From PVC group bacterium (GTDB taxonomy: Bacteria > Omnitrophota > Gorgyraeia > B26-G9), in contig JAAEQR010000206.1 of the NCBI GenBank assembly GCA_024231215.1, positions 3,112-67,111 on the forward strand: a DNA stretch of 64,000 nt, given 5' to 3'. Below the pieces are notes generated by a model. That model worked only from the letters and a program-made list of their open reading frames with translations, was not told the DNA's origin and made no database searches. The position numbers and the translations under genes were made by a program. Shown here piece after piece: positions 30,357 to 40,258 of the stretch (positions within the stretch are counted from its first letter, which is position 1; each line of letters begins with the position of its first letter).

Positions 30357-33300
30357 ATGCCTACTATGCAAGAAAAGTTTGCAGATATTGATGCATTGTT
30401 TGGTTTTGAGCCGCCAAAAACGACTAGTAAATTTGAGGAACTTGACAATTTCCTTGGGTTGCCACCAGTTGAGCAAGCGCCATCAAAAGTTATTGAGCCA
30501 GAAAAAGTAAGACGCTTTAAGGAATTTGATCATGAATTTGGGTTAGAGCCTGTTAAGGAACCTGATGCAATTGATACGCTACCTGTACCACAAGTACAAG
30601 CCCCACAATTTCAACCAGAAGTCTCCACGACAACAGCGGTGGATGTTGGAGGCCCACAAGGTGAGTTGTTGCCAGAATTTGCACCCGCAAGGGCGTTGGG
30701 CAAAGGCGTTACTTTGGAGCCTGGAAAAACAACAGAAGAAATACCGACACGGGCACCTATTCCAAGCACACCGCTGGCTGGAACTGCTGTAGGCGTAGCT
30801 GAAAGCATTCCATTTATAGGTCCCGAAGGTGCGGACGTAGAACAAATAAAGGAAGAGCAGGCTGGGTCAGTAGTTGCAGGCCAAATATTAGGTACAACAG
30901 CACAGGCACTAGCTGGTGGAGCTGGCGTTGCAAAGGTGCTTGCAAAAACAGCCGTTAAAAAGTCTCCTATACTTATGAGTGCACTTTCAAGAGTAATTCC
31001 AGCAACAACGTTAAGAGGCGCACAATCTGTTGACGAAATATCAAAAGGCAAAACAGAGGTTAAGGATGCATTGATGAATACCATTGTTGAATCGGGTGGT
31101 GGTGCAGCATTTTCAATGATTCCTGAAATTATAATGCCTCCAGGTGTAGCACAATTAATAGCCCAACCATTAGCAGATGTTATTTACCAAGCCGGTGTTG
31201 ATAAGCTTAAAGGCGAAAAGGGCGTACTTACAAAGGAATGGTTTGTGCGTCAAATTCCAACCATAGCAGCAAGTTTTGCCTTTGCTATAAAAGATGTTGC
31301 GGGTGGCAAGGAATTCATTAAACAGCAAAAGGCTATGAGAGAAGAATTAGGTATCAAAGCAAAAGAAATAGAAGTGCCACCAACAGACTTTTTACCAAAG
31401 CCACCCGAAAAACCAATCGAGGTCGAGAAGCCACCAGAGAAGCCCGTAGAGGCAATAAAAGTTGAGCCTACCCCAGAGGTCACTAAGGTAGAAACAGCGC
31501 CTAAAAAGCTTGTCCCTGAGCCAGTTGAGGCAACGGTAGAGGAGTCGCCTGTTGTGTCGACTAAGAAAGCTGGAACGTTGGAGGTGGAGGCCAAGAAGTA
31601 TAAAAGTGCTGAAGATTTTGTAAAGAGTAAAGATTTGCTATACAAAGGGTTGCCTAAAAAGGATTGGCGCACAGGGAAAGAAATTGTTGAAATAGATGCG
31701 ACTAAGGCCGGTAAAAAAATGGCTGGTTTTTTTACCACCAATCAAAAGGTTGCTCAAAAATTTGCAGATACTATAGTTAAAAAAGGCTTTGGGAAGGTGG
31801 TGGAGGCCAATGTTGATATTAAAAACCCTTTTGTTGTTGACGCAAAGGGTGAAAAAGCCAACAAATTTATGTCTGATGCGTTAGACCCGAAAAACAACAA
31901 CAAAGCAATTGTGAATGCAATTGAATCCAAAAAATATGACGGTGTAATAATAAAAAATACAGCAGATGAAGGAGATATTATTATACCACAAAAAGCCTCC
32001 CAAATCAAAACAAAAGAACAACTAACAGAAATATGGAACGAAGCAAAAAAGCCCAAACTAACACCGGAGGAAAAAGGATTTGTCGAAAAAGTTAGCCCGG
32101 AAGTTACAGTTAAAAAAGAAGTCAAAAAGCCTGAGATTAAGAAGCCTGAGAAAGTTAAACCTGTTGTTGAGAAAGAAATCAAAAAACCAGAGGTAAAACC
32201 AATAGAGAAGGATAAGCCAGAGCAATTTGAAACACCACAAAGGGAGGGGTTGTTAGAAAGTGAAAAAGGTGCCGTGAGATTAGATTTAGAAACAAGGGGC
32301 AATGTAGTTTCTGGAATGAAAAAGTTTCTCAAAAGAGAGTTTACGACAAAGGGCGACTTGCCCGAAGAAGTGTTTAGGGAAAAAATAAAAAAAGATGCGT
32401 GGGTAAATGCTGAAATAAAGGATATAGAAAATACAGTAAAAAGGTTTAGGTCAGAGGCAAAAAAAGGATATAAAACAAAAAAGCTCACAGATAAACAAAG
32501 TTTTGAAATAGATGCCGTGTTAAAAGGGAATGAAGATATATCAAAATTGCCTGAAAATGTGCGACCTTTAGTTAAAACAATGAGAAATCACATTGATGCG
32601 TTATCACAAAAAATGATTGATGAGGGTTTAGTCGAAGGAGATTTGAAGGCAAAAGTATTGGAAAATATGGGTTTCTACGCAACAAGATCATATAGGGTTC
32701 ATGATGATCCAAAATGGGCAGAGAAAGTGCTACCGGCGGTAAGAAACCGAGCAAAAGCATTTATCAGACAAGAAGCTAGTGATTTTTATAATAGAAAAGT
32801 TGAGGTTACAAACGATGTTATTGCCAATTTGCAGAGTGTTAAAACACAAATCGAAGCCAAGCTAAAAAACCCGTTGTCTGTTGAGCAGAAATTGAACTTT
32901 GAAGAAAAAATAAATGAGTTAGACACAAAAATAGATGAGCTTTTAACACAAAAAGAGGACATTGGTTTTGATGTTGAGGGTGAAATAAATGACGCCGCAA
33001 AATCTATTCTTGATATCAGGTTTGGCGAACAACGGATTTCTGAGACTGATAGAGAATTTGGGTTTTATCAAGAAAAGATTGATCGTTTAAATAAAAAAAT
33101 AGACGATTTGGCCGCTGGAAAAAGAACCAAAAAAATTGATGAGACTATAAAAGAACATGAAAACAAGATTGCTCAATTTGAAGAAAAGATTCAAAGGCCA
33201 TTGACCGGAACACAAATAGACAGTTACCAAAAAAAATTAGAAAAAATAAATAGTAGAATTGATAAGCTTGTTGAGAAAATTCCTGAATTTCAAAGAAAGT

Positions 33301-35279
33301 CTCAACCAACCGAAGGTGAATTGCGTGGTCAAATAAATGAGCTTCTATATAAAAAAGAAGCGCCTGTCAGCGTCCTTGCAAGTGGTGGCAAGTTGGGTTC
33401 AAAAAACTTAAGCATACTTAAGCGCAAGAAGGATATACCAGTAGAAATAAGATCTCTTTGGGGTGAATATAAAGATGCTGATGTTAATTACGCAAAAAGT
33501 GTTTCAAAGATGGCTAACTTGATAGCTAGTAATAGATTTTTAAATGAAGTAAAAACCAAAGGAAAAAATAAGTTCTTTTTTGATAACCCTGTGGTTGAAG
33601 GTGGTAAAAGTTATGATGTAAAAATATCAGCAGACAAATCCCCTACAATGGCACCTTTGAATGGTTTATACACAACCAAAGAAATAGAAGAAGCATTTGA
33701 CAGCATAAACAAAAGAGATGTACCGGGTACTTTATACAGGCTTTATTTGAAAGTAAATTCTGCTGCTAAATATGCAAAAACAATCGGGTCGCCAATGACA
33801 CACGTAAGAAATGTTACTGGAAACGTTGGTTTTGCTATAGCTAACGGGCATTTCAATTTAAAAGAAGCCCCTAATGCGATTAAAACTACATTTCAAGACC
33901 TAAGAGGGAAATCCGTAGGCGAAACAAAAAAATATATAAGGGAGCTAACAGAACTCGGTGTAATTAGTGATGGCGCAAGGGCCGGTGAGATAAGAGATAT
34001 AATTAAAGATGCTACACAGGGCGACTTAGATGTTTTAATTGGAACAGGCCCTAAGCATGCTTATAAAAAAGCATTAAAAGCAATAGAAAAGCTTTATGGG
34101 GCTGAAGATGATGTGTGGAAAATTTTTGCTTATGAGAATGAATTAAAACGATATAAAAAAGCGCTGCCAGATATGCCAGAAAAAGAACTAAAACAAAAAG
34201 CGGCAAATATTGTGAGGGATACCTATCCTACATATTCAATGATACCGAGTGCAATAAAAAAATTGCGTAGATTTCCACTGGTTGGCACATTTGTTTCTTT
34301 TCCTGCGGAAGTAGTAAGAACAGCAAATAATACCATAAAATTAATGGCTTCTGAATTAAAAAGCTCTAATCCAGAAATAAGAAAAATAGGCGCACAAAGA
34401 CTTGTAGGTTTGACTTTGGCGGCTACAATTACGGCGGGGCTCGGTGCTGCAAGTAGATTTAGAACAGGGACTACTAAAGAAAAAGAGGACGCAGCCAGGG
34501 AATTTATGGCCCCCTGGACTAAGAATAGTCAAATAATTTGGGCGAGTAGTATAGAAAATGGCAAAGCAAATTATGTTGATTTGGGCTATTCTGACCCTCA
34601 TTCTTATTTGAGAAAACCTTTGCTTGCTTTTTTAAATGGGGAAGATTGGAAAGAAAAAGCTTTTGAGGCTGGCGCTGAATTGCTTTCTCCGTTTCTTGGT
34701 GAAGACATGCTCGCGCAAAAGCTTTTGAATATAAAAAGAAACAAAACCCCTGATGGGCAAAATGTGTATAACCCACAAGATAAATTAACAAACCAAACAA
34801 TAGATAAGCTCAACCATTTAATAGAGGGTATGGAGCCTGGAGCAATAGCATCTTTAAGGCGAATTTATAAATCAACAAAAGACGTAGAGGGACAATATGG
34901 TTCTGGGTATGACACCAAAACAGAAGTTGCTGCTATGGGCACTGGTATTAGAATAAATGTTTTAGACACAAAAAGATCACTACGCTTCAAGGGGTGGAAG
35001 TTTTCTAGGGACATAAGAGATGCTTCTCGGTTGGCAAGAAAAAGAGGTGTTGAACTATCGTTTGAGCAAAAAAAGAAAATATATGACAGGTTTGAAAAGA
35101 CGGTACAGTCAGCAAGGATAGTAGGACTAACAGACAGGGAGATATTCAAATCATTAAGAGATTCAGGAATGTCAGAAACCAATGCTATCGCTTTTTTAAA
35201 AAACAGCTATGAAAGTATTTTGAAAATAGGCGAAAAAAAAGCAAAGTTGAAAGAAAAGCTACCGAAAGGAATAAAATAA
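30357..35279 (+). CDS. giant virion protein (1640 aa); internal/ejection or tape-measure-like
   Basis: Pro/Glu/Lys-rich spacer (PEKPIEVEKPPEKPVE), extended coiled coils and a hydrophobic Gly/Ala segment (GLTLAATITAGLGAAS). Largest ORF in the window. Confidence 0.5.
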   Translation: MPTMQEKFADIDALFGFEPPKTTSKFEELDNFLGLPPVEQAPSKVIEPEKVRRFKEFDHEFGLEPVKEPDAIDTLPVPQVQAPQFQPEVSTTTAVDVGGPQGELLPEFAPARALGKGVTLEPGKTTEEIPTRAPIPSTPLAGTAVGVAESIPFIGPEGADVEQIKEEQAGSVVAGQILGTTAQALAGGAGVAKVLAKTAVKKSPILMSALSRVIPATTLRGAQSVDEISKGKTEVKDALMNTIVESGGGAAFSMIPEIIMPPGVAQLIAQPLADVIYQAGVDKLKGEKGVLTKEWFVRQIPTIAASFAFAIKDVAGGKEFIKQQKAMREELGIKAKEIEVPPTDFLPKPPEKPIEVEKPPEKPVEAIKVEPTPEVTKVETAPKKLVPEPVEATVEESPVVSTKKAGTLEVEAKKYKSAEDFVKSKDLLYKGLPKKDWRTGKEIVEIDATKAGKKMAGFFTTNQKVAQKFADTIVKKGFGKVVEANVDIKNPFVVDAKGEKANKFMSDALDPKNNNKAIVNAIESKKYDGVIIKNTADEGDIIIPQKASQIKTKEQLTEIWNEAKKPKLTPEEKGFVEKVSPEVTVKKEVKKPEIKKPEKVKPVVEKEIKKPEVKPIEKDKPEQFETPQREGLLESEKGAVRLDLETRGNVVSGMKKFLKREFTTKGDLPEEVFREKIKKDAWVNAEIKDIENTVKRFRSEAKKGYKTKKLTDKQSFEIDAVLKGNEDISKLPENVRPLVKTMRNHIDALSQKMIDEGLVEGDLKAKVLENMGFYATRSYRVHDDPKWAEKVLPAVRNRAKAFIRQEASDFYNRKVEVTNDVIANLQSVKTQIEAKLKNPLSVEQKLNFEEKINELDTKIDELLTQKEDIGFDVEGEINDAAKSILDIRFGEQRISETDREFGFYQEKIDRLNKKIDDLAAGKRTKKIDETIKEHENKIAQFEEKIQRPLTGTQIDSYQKKLEKINSRIDKLVEKIPEFQRKSQPTEGELRGQINELLYKKEAPVSVLASGGKLGSKNLSILKRKKDIPVEIRSLWGEYKDADVNYAKSVSKMANLIASNRFLNEVKTKGKNKFFFDNPVVEGGKSYDVKISADKSPTMAPLNGLYTTKEIEEAFDSINKRDVPGTLYRLYLKVNSAAKYAKTIGSPMTHVRNVTGNVGFAIANGHFNLKEAPNAIKTTFQDLRGKSVGETKKYIRELTELGVISDGARAGEIRDIIKDATQGDLDVLIGTGPKHAYKKALKAIEKLYGAEDDVWKIFAYENELKRYKKALPDMPEKELKQKAANIVRDTYPTYSMIPSAIKKLRRFPLVGTFVSFPAEVVRTANNTIKLMASELKSSNPEIRKIGAQRLVGLTLAATITAGLGAASRFRTGTTKEKEDAAREFMAPWTKNSQIIWASSIENGKANYVDLGYSDPHSYLRKPLLAFLNGEDWKEKAFEAGAELLSPFLGEDMLAQKLLNIKRNKTPDGQNVYNPQDKLTNQTIDKLNHLIEGMEPGAIASLRRIYKSTKDVEGQYGSGYDTKTEVAAMGTGIRINVLDTKRSLRFKGWKFSRDIRDASRLARKRGVELSFEQKKKIYDRFEKTVQSARIVGLTDREIFKSLRDSGMSETNAIAFLKNSYESILKIGEKKAKLKEKLPKGIK

Positions 35280-35564
35280 ATGCCAACAAAAGACCTATGT
35301 GAAGCCCACCATCAAAAATTATTGGGAATAGACAAGAAAATAGATGTTCAAATAGCCAAATTTGATGAAATAAACACTATACTTTGCGGTGGGCCTGATA
35401 AAGAAGGTAGGTTTCAAGTAGGATTTCTTTCTAAGTTAAAATGGGTTGAAAAAAAACAGGCCATTATTACAGGTGTATTCATATCCGTAATAACAGCCGT
35501 TGTAATTGCTGGTATTTTGTATGTTCCTACACTAATTAAAGCCGCTGAGATTGTTGGGAAGTAA
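35280..35564 (+). CDS. small protein with C-terminal transmembrane helix (holin-like candidate, weak)
   Basis: 94 aa. C-terminal ITGVFISVITAVVIAGILYV transmembrane segment. Last gene of the + strand block. Confidence 0.35.
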   Translation: MPTKDLCEAHHQKLLGIDKKIDVQIAKFDEINTILCGGPDKEGRFQVGFLSKLKWVEKKQAIITGVFISVITAVVIAGILYVPTLIKAAEIVGK

Positions 35565-35571
35565 TTTAATT

Positions 35572-35742
35572 TTCAAAAAAACTACATTCCTCGGCAAGTT
35601 TCTGAGCCTCGATTGCGATTTCATCTTCTTCACGGACTGAATAACCTTTTGCGTTAAGAAGGACATTTGTGTGCTGGTGTAACAGACCCGCCTTGTCGCA
35701 TGGCTTATAATGAATACAATCTTTACAATTAGCTCCTTCCAT
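35572..35742 (-). CDS. small Cys-containing protein (56 aa), not in ORF track (under 60 aa)
   Basis: Strong SD CCAGGAGGAATAAATG. MEGANCKDCIHYKPCDK... Reading frame checked by hand. Confidence 0.35.
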
Positions 35743-35925
35743 TTATTCCTCCTGGTTAATTAATTTAAGGGACCATAATTGCGCTTGCTCCAAATTGGTA
35801 AGAACAAGTGCTTTTGCCCTAATGTTACAATTAGGGGAATTAAAATTTTTTAACTCCTGTATTATCTTATCGATAGATCTGTTAGTGTCGTTAACCGGAA
35901 ATGTTATTTCTTCTCCCATATCCAA
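35743..35925 (-). CDS. small hypothetical protein (60 aa)
   Basis: SD GGAGGTTGGATATG. Abuts the downstream small gene. Confidence 0.4.
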   Translation of the reverse strand: MDMGEEITFPVNDTNRSIDKIIQELKNFNSPNCNIRAKALVLTNLEQAQLWSLKLINQEE

Positions 35926-35996
35926 CCTCCTATAGTAAAATTAATAACCAAACCACTCCTATTAGAGAGGCAATTAATGTTATATATATTATTGTT

Positions 35997-37583
35997 TTAT
36001 CGTGCATTGATTTCATATAATTCGCTGTTGTGTATAAAACATGTTTTGTGTAGTTCTACAAGTCTGCAATCGTTGTATATTGGTGTGTTTTCAAATACTT
36101 TTGCATCACCTCTTAAATCAGCAAATAGCTCCAGCTTGCAATCCTCTGAATTAAAAACAACCACATCATTTTTTTTCACTAACATGTTAACACTTAAAAA
36201 ATCGACATTTTCTATTATGGAACATTCGTATTGAGTATAGTTGTTTTTTAAATTAGCTATTAAGCAATTTGTTTTTGTGTCTTTTTTGTAAACCACAAAC
36301 AGCCATTTTCCCTGTCTATTAGCATCAACAATTATAGTGTTGTCCAATTCATGAATTTTTATATTAGAGCACTTGTCAAGTTCATATGGAATTGTAGCGG
36401 TGTATTTGCCAAAAATATCTTGTAGTATCACTCCTTGATATATTTTAGAACTGTTATAAGCTACTGTTGAAATGCATTTTTGTACTGGTATTATTTTGCA
36501 AAACTTTTCATATGTGGTTTGTAAAATTCCGATTTTTGCTATACTGTATATTGCGTTATTAAAAGAAGTGCCTTTTTCTTGTAAAACATCATCTAAAAAA
36601 AACATTAAATGTGTGGTGCCGGTATTAGGAAGATATAGTCTGTCGTTTTTATAAATAGATTTTTGTGTTAACACGTATCTATTACCATTTCTATATACTG
36701 CGTCCAAAATATTAGAATCATATTTAAATATTAATGTCGCCTTGATATCTGATTTATCGTCAACAAATAGTTTTCTTGTGACTTGTATATTCTCAGCACC
36801 CTCAGATTTTGGCGGAACATCTCTTTCTTTATTTACAAAAACCCTTTTAAAATAATCTAAATGGTTTTTCGGAATTGTGTTAAAGTCAATGTTCTTTGGC
36901 ACAGTGACAGTTTTGTCAAAAATAGATACATTTTTATTCATTCTATCTTCGAAGCCCAATGCATGTTTTCCCTTATATGGGTGTAGCCCAATATAAAGTT
37001 GAAAAGATATCAACGACCAAGAAAACCAATCCGATTGTTTTTTAAATGTGCCTAAAGGGTATAACCTGTCTCTGTATTGGTGCATTATGGCGTTGCATTT
37101 GAACGATTTGGTTTGAAAAGAATCTGTATCTATGTAATAAACTGTATTTGGAAATGTAATTAAAAAATTCATTTCATTGTAATCACCCACGATTATATTT
37201 TTTTCATGGATTTTAATTAATGTGTCTCGCATGCTATCCACAACGTCAGATATATTTTTAATGCTAAGATTGTTTCGTGTCTTGTACGATTTTGTAAACA
37301 GTTTACACAGGTATTCATAATTATCTATATAGCTTAACGTAAATCCTATTCGTTCGCTTTTCTCACTGTAAACACTTTCTTGAGGTATGACAATGTTTTT
37401 AATGGAGGCCAGATCCCGGAGTTCATATATTTTTTGTTCTGGGATCAACGTTGTTTTGTCGTGGTAAATTTTAAAAATAGTATTATCTTTTAAGAAGATG
37501 CTGCCCTGGCCTCCTTTGGCTTTGTAATCAGATTCTTTTAGGTATATTTTTTTACCACTTACAACAACGTTCTGAGACTTCAT
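35997..37583 (-). CDS. eukaryotic-like protein kinase fold protein (putative Ser/Thr kinase) with C-terminal extension
   Basis: Gly-rich loop KGGQGSIF. Catalytic-loop-like NIIVGDYNEMNFLI (compare HGDLHPGNIL). DFG-like YYIDTDSF. Subdomain IX-like WSLISFQLYIGLHPYKG (compare D.WSLG..LYEL..G..PF). Confidence 0.45.
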   Translation of the reverse strand: MKSQNVVVSGKKIYLKESDYKAKGGQGSIFLKDNTIFKIYHDKTTLIPEQKIYELRDLASIKNIVIPQESVYSEKSERIGFTLSYIDNYEYLCKLFTKSYKTRNNLSIKNISDVVDSMRDTLIKIHEKNIIVGDYNEMNFLITFPNTVYYIDTDSFQTKSFKCNAIMHQYRDRLYPLGTFKKQSDWFSWSLISFQLYIGLHPYKGKHALGFEDRMNKNVSIFDKTVTVPKNIDFNTIPKNHLDYFKRVFVNKERDVPPKSEGAENIQVTRKLFVDDKSDIKATLIFKYDSNILDAVYRNGNRYVLTQKSIYKNDRLYLPNTGTTHLMFFLDDVLQEKGTSFNNAIYSIAKIGILQTTYEKFCKIIPVQKCISTVAYNSSKIYQGVILQDIFGKYTATIPYELDKCSNIKIHELDNTIIVDANRQGKWLFVVYKKDTKTNCLIANLKNNYTQYECSIIENVDFLSVNMLVKKNDVVVFNSEDCKLELFADLRGDAKVFENTPIYNDCRLVELHKTCFIHNSELYEINAR

Positions 37584-37606
37584 TATAAACTCCGGGGAAA
37601 AGAGGG

Positions 37607-38323
37607 TTAAATATTCAACGATGCTGCTTGACCAGTACCTAAAACCATACTGGTAGAACTTACAGCATTCTCAATAAAATCAGATAATTTATCTATATCA
37701 TCAATTTTAAGATAGTGATTAAAACTGGCTTTACGATGAAACTCGTTTAGATAGTTAGAGCATTCGCCAGCATTAACACCGATTAAGATACTCATTGTGG
37801 ATTCTAAATCTTTAGATCGTCTTATTTCATCCATTGCATTTTTTATACTCTTTAAATCTGCTGTATTAGATGAGTTTTCATCTCCATCCGTTAAAACGAA
37901 ATAGATGGTATTAAGACAATCAATATTACCCGAAGCCATCAAATTCACCGCATAATCTTTTGTTGTTTCAATAGAATCCTGGGTTGCATCATGGAGAGGA
38001 GTTCCTCCATTAGGATCGAGTTCGTATTTTGTTGTATCTACTGATCCAATTGGAGTAAATCCGTGAATTTCTCGAATGCCTTTATAGCTATCAAAAGTAG
38101 CAACACGCAAAAGCAAGTTTTCACTTTTGGGGTGGCGTTGAAGGTTGTTAATAATCTTTTTAATACCTTCCTCCATTTCATCTTTAAACTCAAAAACAGA
38201 GCCAGTGGTATCAACCAGGATATTCACAATTGTATATTCCATTGCACCTAATTCATCCATAGGTACTGCGGAATAATTAAATTGATTTGGTGTTTCAAAC
38301 GTGTCAAAATTTTGTGCTTCCAT
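37607..38323 (-). CDS. von Willebrand factor A (vWA) domain protein
   Basis: Metal ion-dependent adhesion site (MIDAS)-like ILVDTTGS (DxTxS), GGTPLHDAT and VLTDGDEN motifs in vWA order and spacing. Confidence 0.55.
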   Translation of the reverse strand: MEAQNFDTFETPNQFNYSAVPMDELGAMEYTIVNILVDTTGSVFEFKDEMEEGIKKIINNLQRHPKSENLLLRVATFDSYKGIREIHGFTPIGSVDTTKYELDPNGGTPLHDATQDSIETTKDYAVNLMASGNIDCLNTIYFVLTDGDENSSNTADLKSIKNAMDEIRRSKDLESTMSILIGVNAGECSNYLNEFHRKASFNHYLKIDDIDKLSDFIENAVSSTSMVLGTGQAASLNI

Positions 38324-38331
38324 AGTTACTC

Positions 38332-39129
38332 CTATTTAAAATATTCAGTTGTTTTAGATATTTGCATACCTTTTGCAGTCATTTCATTCACAAAATCATC
38401 TCCCAAGTTTTCAAGCCCTGGTGCATTAACACAAGAACAAGCATCTTCAAGAAGCACAAACTTTTTCACTTCATCTTCAGAAAATTCATTTGCAATATCT
38501 CTTATTGTATTGGCAACACAAAAGTCTAATGCTTCGCCAGTAACAAGAATATCTTGCCCTGTTTTCAACATGTTAATAACCTGAGTGTTTAACATTGTTG
38601 TTGGGTCACCTGGGTATTCCACGTCTGCACGAACAGCGCTATAGTGTTCTGTATACACACAACTACCCTTTGGGACATAATTAAGCTTCTTAAATGTGGT
38701 TTCCCAAATCAAAAAAGCTTCTCTCAATTCTGGAACAATGGTAAAGCCCATATCAGCAATAAGACAATGGGGCGGCCATATACACAACACATAGCGACAA
38801 TTGTCTTTAAGTGATTTGACATAATCCAAAGACCATTGTTGCATGTTTGGATTGTATGCTTTCCATGTTCCATTTTCAACATCATCTACATTTATCACAG
38901 TAAACGGTGATGGGTGTTGGTTTTTGCTATCTTTCCACCACACAGGGTGCGCAATATGCACAGGGTGGTGACTATCTAATGTCGCGTGAATAGCTGAAAT
39001 TTGTGGTATGTTTTCACGTACCATTTTAGACAGCCGCGACATATCTTTGTCGGCACCTTGCACAAACAGTGCTCCGTTTGGGTCACAAAAATCGTATTGA
39101 CCATCAATGGTTAATAATTGAACAGCCAT
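38332..39129 (-). CDS. pncA: nicotinamidase/isochorismatase-family hydrolase (PncA-like)
   Basis: LLTIDGQYDFCDPNGALFV (compare E. coli PncA LLLVDLQNDFCAGGALAV). DSHHPVHIAHP (metal-binding His cluster). IWPPHCL (compare FWPDHCV). Catalytic-Cys motif VTGEALDFCVANT (compare VMGLATDYCVKFT). Confidence 0.7.
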   Translation of the reverse strand: MAVQLLTIDGQYDFCDPNGALFVQGADKDMSRLSKMVRENIPQISAIHATLDSHHPVHIAHPVWWKDSKNQHPSPFTVINVDDVENGTWKAYNPNMQQWSLDYVKSLKDNCRYVLCIWPPHCLIADMGFTIVPELREAFLIWETTFKKLNYVPKGSCVYTEHYSAVRADVEYPGDPTTMLNTQVINMLKTGQDILVTGEALDFCVANTIRDIANEFSEDEVKKFVLLEDACSCVNAPGLENLGDDFVNEMTAKGMQISKTTEYFK

Positions 39130-39511
39130 AGAACCTCCTTTAAAAAAACGTTCGGCCCCGGAAATCGGCTAAGAAAACCTAAGTAAGCTAAACTACGGTA
39201 TAGGCTACTGTAGTATAGTTACCGAACGTGTATATCTATTTGAATAAGCCGATTTTTTCATATTAATTAATTTAATTCATTTTTTATAAAAGTCAACAGT
39301 TATTTTTTTTCTCAAATAATAAAACTAAATTAATAAAAGAGAGCCCCTCGTATTGCACAACACAACTCTACTATATCGGCTTAGTGGGTATCTTGATAAA
39401 CAAGTACAACAAAGGGTATTATTATTAATGCCGATTTTTTTGGCAGTGTGGTAAGGCCTGCTTCCCCCACATCTTTTTTTCCACCCGTAAGGATCTGCCA
39501 TAGAGTAACCC

Positions 39512-40258
39512 TTAATTTTGTTTATGTTTACAACCACAAAAGACTCTCTTTGTTTCCACTAATAAAACTAAATTATAAATAAAAAACGTTGCTATTATAC
39601 CCAGGTATGGAGTCATTTCAACAGGGACACCGAGTAGCCACCAATCACAAAACATACCGGATTCTCTAAGGTATATCCATTGTTGATGTTTCCCCACTGC
39701 CCAATGGTCCCATATAAATTCCATTGGTATAATTATTATTGCCATACGTGTAAAATGTGCTGTATCAAATTTATCAAAATTAATTACAAACATTATTATT
39801 GCTGGTATTCCATAACAAATTGCTATTGATTTTCCACAATTACCAAACGCGACTAAGCCATACACCACAGACAATATTAACAATGGCAACAGTACTAATT
39901 TTAGCCAGTCAGCTTTAAAATCAATCCACTTTTTAAGGGGGTCCCAAAAATATAGAGTAATAAAAAAACTGCCTGTAATAGGATAAAAAAACCAATCCTC
40001 TATGTGAATTCCGAAGATCACAATACCTGTAACTGCATCTTCTGGAAATATCCAGGCTGGAAAGTTGCCGGCTTTGGTTAGATACCAATTCCAGCCCCAA
40101 CCTAAAGGCGTCCCTATTGCCATACAAATCCAATACACACGCCAATTTATTTTATTTCTGAAAAATATTATTACATTCACAACTGCAATTACAGCTAATG
40201 TGATAGGATATCCAGCCCTTCCTAATTTTGATTTAGGTTTTGGTGTTTTTGTGTTCAT
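39512..40258 (-). CDS. polytopic integral membrane protein (248 aa, Trp-rich)
   Basis: At least 6 hydrophobic helices and many Trp/Phe. Basic N-terminus. No catalytic motif recognised. Confidence 0.5.
   Translation of the reverse strand: MNTKTPKPKSKLGRAGYPITLAVIAVVNVIIFFRNKINWRVYWICMAIGTPLGWGWNWYLTKAGNFPAWIFPEDAVTGIVIFGIHIEDWFFYPITGSFFITLYFWDPLKKWIDFKADWLKLVLLPLLILSVVYGLVAFGNCGKSIAICYGIPAIIMFVINFDKFDTAHFTRMAIIIIPMEFIWDHWAVGKHQQWIYLRESGMFCDWWLLGVPVEMTPYLGIIATFFIYNLVLLVETKRVFCGCKHKQN

Noticed and set aside
39430-39490. Intrinsic terminator for the - strand membrane-protein gene
   Set aside because: The hairpin plus T-run is oriented for the + strand, and there is an A-run on the - strand. It cannot terminate the - strand operon. 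Mentioned only as a possible antisense terminator.
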